A DNA stretch of 64,000 nt from Phoronis australis (lineage: Eukaryota > Animalia > Phoronida): positions 146,138 to 210,137 of the forward strand of contig NMRA01000402.1 of assembly GCA_002633005.1 (NCBI GenBank). Reading direction: 5' to 3'. Of the stretch, positions 60,595 through 64,000 are shown piece after piece (position 1 is the stretch's first letter; every line of letters starts with the position of its first letter). The position numbers were made by a program, and so were the translations under genes. The notes beneath the pieces were generated by a model that searched no databases, was not told the origin of the DNA, and saw only the letters and a list, made by a program, of their open reading frames with translations.

Positions 60595-63500
60595 GTAAAT
60601 GGCCCTATCATTGGTAATAGATTTGATACGAACCTCGTGCCACACATTTGCCTTGGATGCACCACATGTTTGGACCACAATCAGTGCCATCTACCGGTGG
60701 AGTGTACTTCGTTACGCACTTCGTGCCGTCAGAATTCTTACACCACAGGCAATTGCATGCACTCATACCAGTCTTTTCATAAATCCACTGAAATTATTTT
60801 GCATTTTTCAGAAGTTGAATTATCTCTAGGGGTAGAAGATGTGATACGGTCCCTCAAAATTGCAGAAATGAGTCAACACGTGTGATCGCCATTGATAGAA
60901 GAGAATAGTCGGCGTTGCACTCAACATGCTAACAACAGTATTTTTTGAATGAATTGAAACACAAGTACGACAATAAAAGCTAACTTTTTAATTCACAATA
61001 TATGGCCTGAAAACCTGTGCACATCAAGGGTTTACTTTCCAAAGGTACGCCATGCGATTTCACGTGCATGTGGACGATAAATGTGGTGACGTTTAAGAAC
61101 ATGAAGCCGCTCTTATAAAATGCATGGATCCACAAAGCAATGATTCGACCCTGTCAAAAGTGGACAACATGCATAACTACACAAAACTTGATCGATGTGA
61201 CGCACATCCAGAGCTAGTCGGTATAAGGGTTTCCTGGCTTGTTCGGTCATGTGTAATTGTTATAATGGGGGTAATCTAAAGGGTACCTATTGTTCACTCT
61301 CAGATCCATTATAATTGCTTTGGAAATGCGACTTACATTTCCACATGCACCAGCACTCTGTTTAGGGAAATTCATGTTTTTACACTGGCTATCTTTGGTG
61401 TACAGGTCTCCAGCTAGGTGCTTCATGTGAAGATCCCAAAGATTTTTCTCTGAAATCGTCTCCTCGTCCAGAACACATTTCGCTGCAATGTTGCTGCAAT
61501 TTAAGGGCATAGATTTTATATCTCTTCTGTTTGTATCTCGACTCCTGTCATCAATAAGACCACTAACAAATGTTGCACGTTTCCATCCGATTGCATACTA
61601 CATGTACACCCAGATCAAGAAATATGCAACCGTGAACAACATAAACGGTCCAGTGGAAGAAATTTGTATTTTTCTGCGCGTAACAATTTTTACTTTACTT
61701 ACCATTTACCGCAATATTAACAGGAAGACATGTCTTCCAGGTGGGCATTATTAACTGCACACATAGTTAGTGACTTTAAACGGTCTGTTTACGAGACGGT
61801 TTGGTCTTTGGAAAGTCCAATGCCGAGTATAGTAGAGACAATATGAGTTACTACTCTTAGTTATTCCTTCATTCACCTACACTTATCATTCAGTTGCAAT
61901 TTTATTTAATATATTTTCAGTTAGTACGATGTGTAATCCAATTAGTCCAGCCCCGGGTGCTATTAGCAATAAAGTGAAGAGACATGTTGCTTACTTACTT
62001 AAGGGTCATAAGGAAATCTTTATCCGAACATTTTGAGAACAAGAAGACATTTCCTAGGTTTTGGTTGGAACCGCCCGGAGACATAACCATATTTGATGTA
62101 CTCGAGCAGTCGGGATGACTATCTCCGCCATCATGCTGAGAACCTAGACTGAAAGACGGAGGCACAAGTTAAAGGTTAGATGACACAAGAACGTTACTAA
62201 CGGCATGAAGTCGTACCCAAACACTCCCTGAGAGACGAGCGACGTCATAAAAACAAAGTAAAGTGACGCATGTGGAGGTTTAATATTTGCGAGTGAGCTT
62301 GCAGTCTTACTATCTTATACTTGTATGATGACTGGCACTGAAGTGATTGGTAGGCCTACGCGAGGTTGCATGACGAATTATGAGAAAAAGCTGTAAGATT
62401 ATGAAAACACATCATTTCCGTTCCAAAATCTAAGATTGCTCAAAGCCAGTGTTTGGCGACTGTTTTGGGTTATGGAACGTGCCCCTGACTTATTGGCAGA
62501 AATTGTGTCCAAACTAGAATTTAGAGACCGCCAGATTCTATTAAAACCATTTTGTATTGTTTGCAACCGAGGAAAATTAGCTTGGTGTGAAACACTTACT
62601 TGTGTCCTAACTCGTGGGAAGCCACGCCAATTGAGGAGAAACCGCCATATGCTTCTGTGAGAGACACGGCGTACTTGCCTTTACATATTCCTCCAACAGG
62701 CGCGAAACCTTAAAAAATTGAATGAGACTGGAATTGTTAGCAATGCACTAAAAAATAATAACAGTAAAAGAACGACTTAACTCACGGAATGAAGCAAAAT
62801 TAAAAAATTTTAACCAAAGGTCCTGATGACGATTTAAGCAAGGGTGGATTACAGCTGCCGCGGCGTTTGCACACCAGTACAGCGTATATTTATAAGCAAT
62901 GTTTACCCATATTTTACAAGTTTTGTTTGTAACTTGATTATATGTGTTAAACGCGTGCGTGAATAGAGAATAATGCTCGAGTCGCGATTTTCGTTGCTTT
63001 CATCGAAAGATTTGTCCTGTTTCGCCACCTATTCTGGCGTCCACCAAATACCTAAAAATTCACGAGTCTCCCCTAAACGTTTTCAAGTTGTAGACACATT
63101 CCCACCACGGAACTCTGTCGAAATCTAGTGCAGTAAATTTTCTTAAAATCTCTGAGAAGACTCCTTGCTACTCGTAAAATACGTCACAAATAGGAAAATG
63201 TGAGTACGAATTCAAGGTTACAACAGAAGTCATGGTTTTGAATTTGCGCTTTGTGGGTGCATCCAAAGTGCTGTAACTTGAATCCGGGCAAATTCGATAG
63301 ATTGGTTTTAAGTATCAGTCCACGGATCCACCGACCACAGTACAGCCAAAAAGCGGCAAGGTGGGGGGTCAACCATTCAGATCCATGTTTAGTCTGATAA
63401 ATCACATTAGGGATGAGAGAAAATGGGTGAAGTATGACACCACAAAGTTTGGTGGTTTAGGAGATACAAGGGAAGTGTTCTGGGGGGCAAAATGAGGCAA

Positions 63501-64000
63501 TTTCTTGGTGTGGAATGAGTAATTTTTGACCAAATTTTCTACTCCAGTTTCTGCTTCAAACAGAATCGTTTCTGAACAATTTTGATATCACATGATAGGT
63601 TCATGACCAATGTCAGTAAAAACGGCACCGACACTCCAATATCGGTTACCATGGTAACACTGGAACTGTTTCCGTGGAGGTACGTTTCCGTCTTGTGAAA
63701 AACCAGCAGTAAGCTGCACTCTTATAGCGAAGCTGCCCCCGTGAGAAAACTAAAAATAATAACATGGACATGTAGAAGACTCCATGCCCTTGAAATTAAT
63801 ACAATAAAAACTTTGTCAGCCCTTCAGGCAGGCTTGGTAATAGGTGTCTGAATTTCACTATTTTCAGACCGCGTAAGTGTATTTGTCATGTAAACCAGTC
63901 AATAGTTGTGAGCCGTTTCTACGCATTAATATGCTGTGGTATAATACAACAATTAAAACAATTGGTTTGCTCAAATGTTTTTAATTAATTTTAAGGATAC

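Noticed and set aside
55277-63405. Numerous 60-100 aa ORFs in the distal region
   Set aside because: No recognisable domains and no phase-consistent exon chain found on either strand. Treated as intergenic, although small exons could have been missed.

Overview
AT-rich eukaryotic (animal, probably marine invertebrate) genomic DNA with spliceosomal GT-AG introns. It is not prokaryotic, and most ORFs in the supplied track are spurious or exon fragments. (1) 436-9259 (+): the last five coding exons of a fatty-acid amide hydrolase (FAAH)-type amidase. Its introns hold an L1/Tx1 LINE remnant, a ~150-bp-period repeat array with CTCF-like motifs, nested MITEs and an N-gap overlap. (2) 12304-52321 (+): a 47-coding-exon gene reconstructed by hand with every splice phase consistent (12,432 nt, ~4,143 aa). 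It encodes a giant type-I membrane protein: signal peptide, Notch-ligand-type C2(MNNL)-DSL-EGF head, ~680-aa Ser/Thr mucin stalk with a periodic TIDVF motif, ~25 copies of a ~90-aa SEA-like alpha/beta domain, one TM helix and a short tail with FxNPxY and a C-terminal PDZ-type motif. The repeats were built by tandem duplication of a frame-symmetric 3-exon cassette. (3) 54575-55144 (+): a compact intronless 189-aa orphan ORF. Comparing the duplicated introns shows repeated TA -> TACATGTA 6-bp insertions, which look like Tc1/mariner excision footprints and would explain the strong excess of TACATGTA in the window. All calls come from manual reading; no searches were run.
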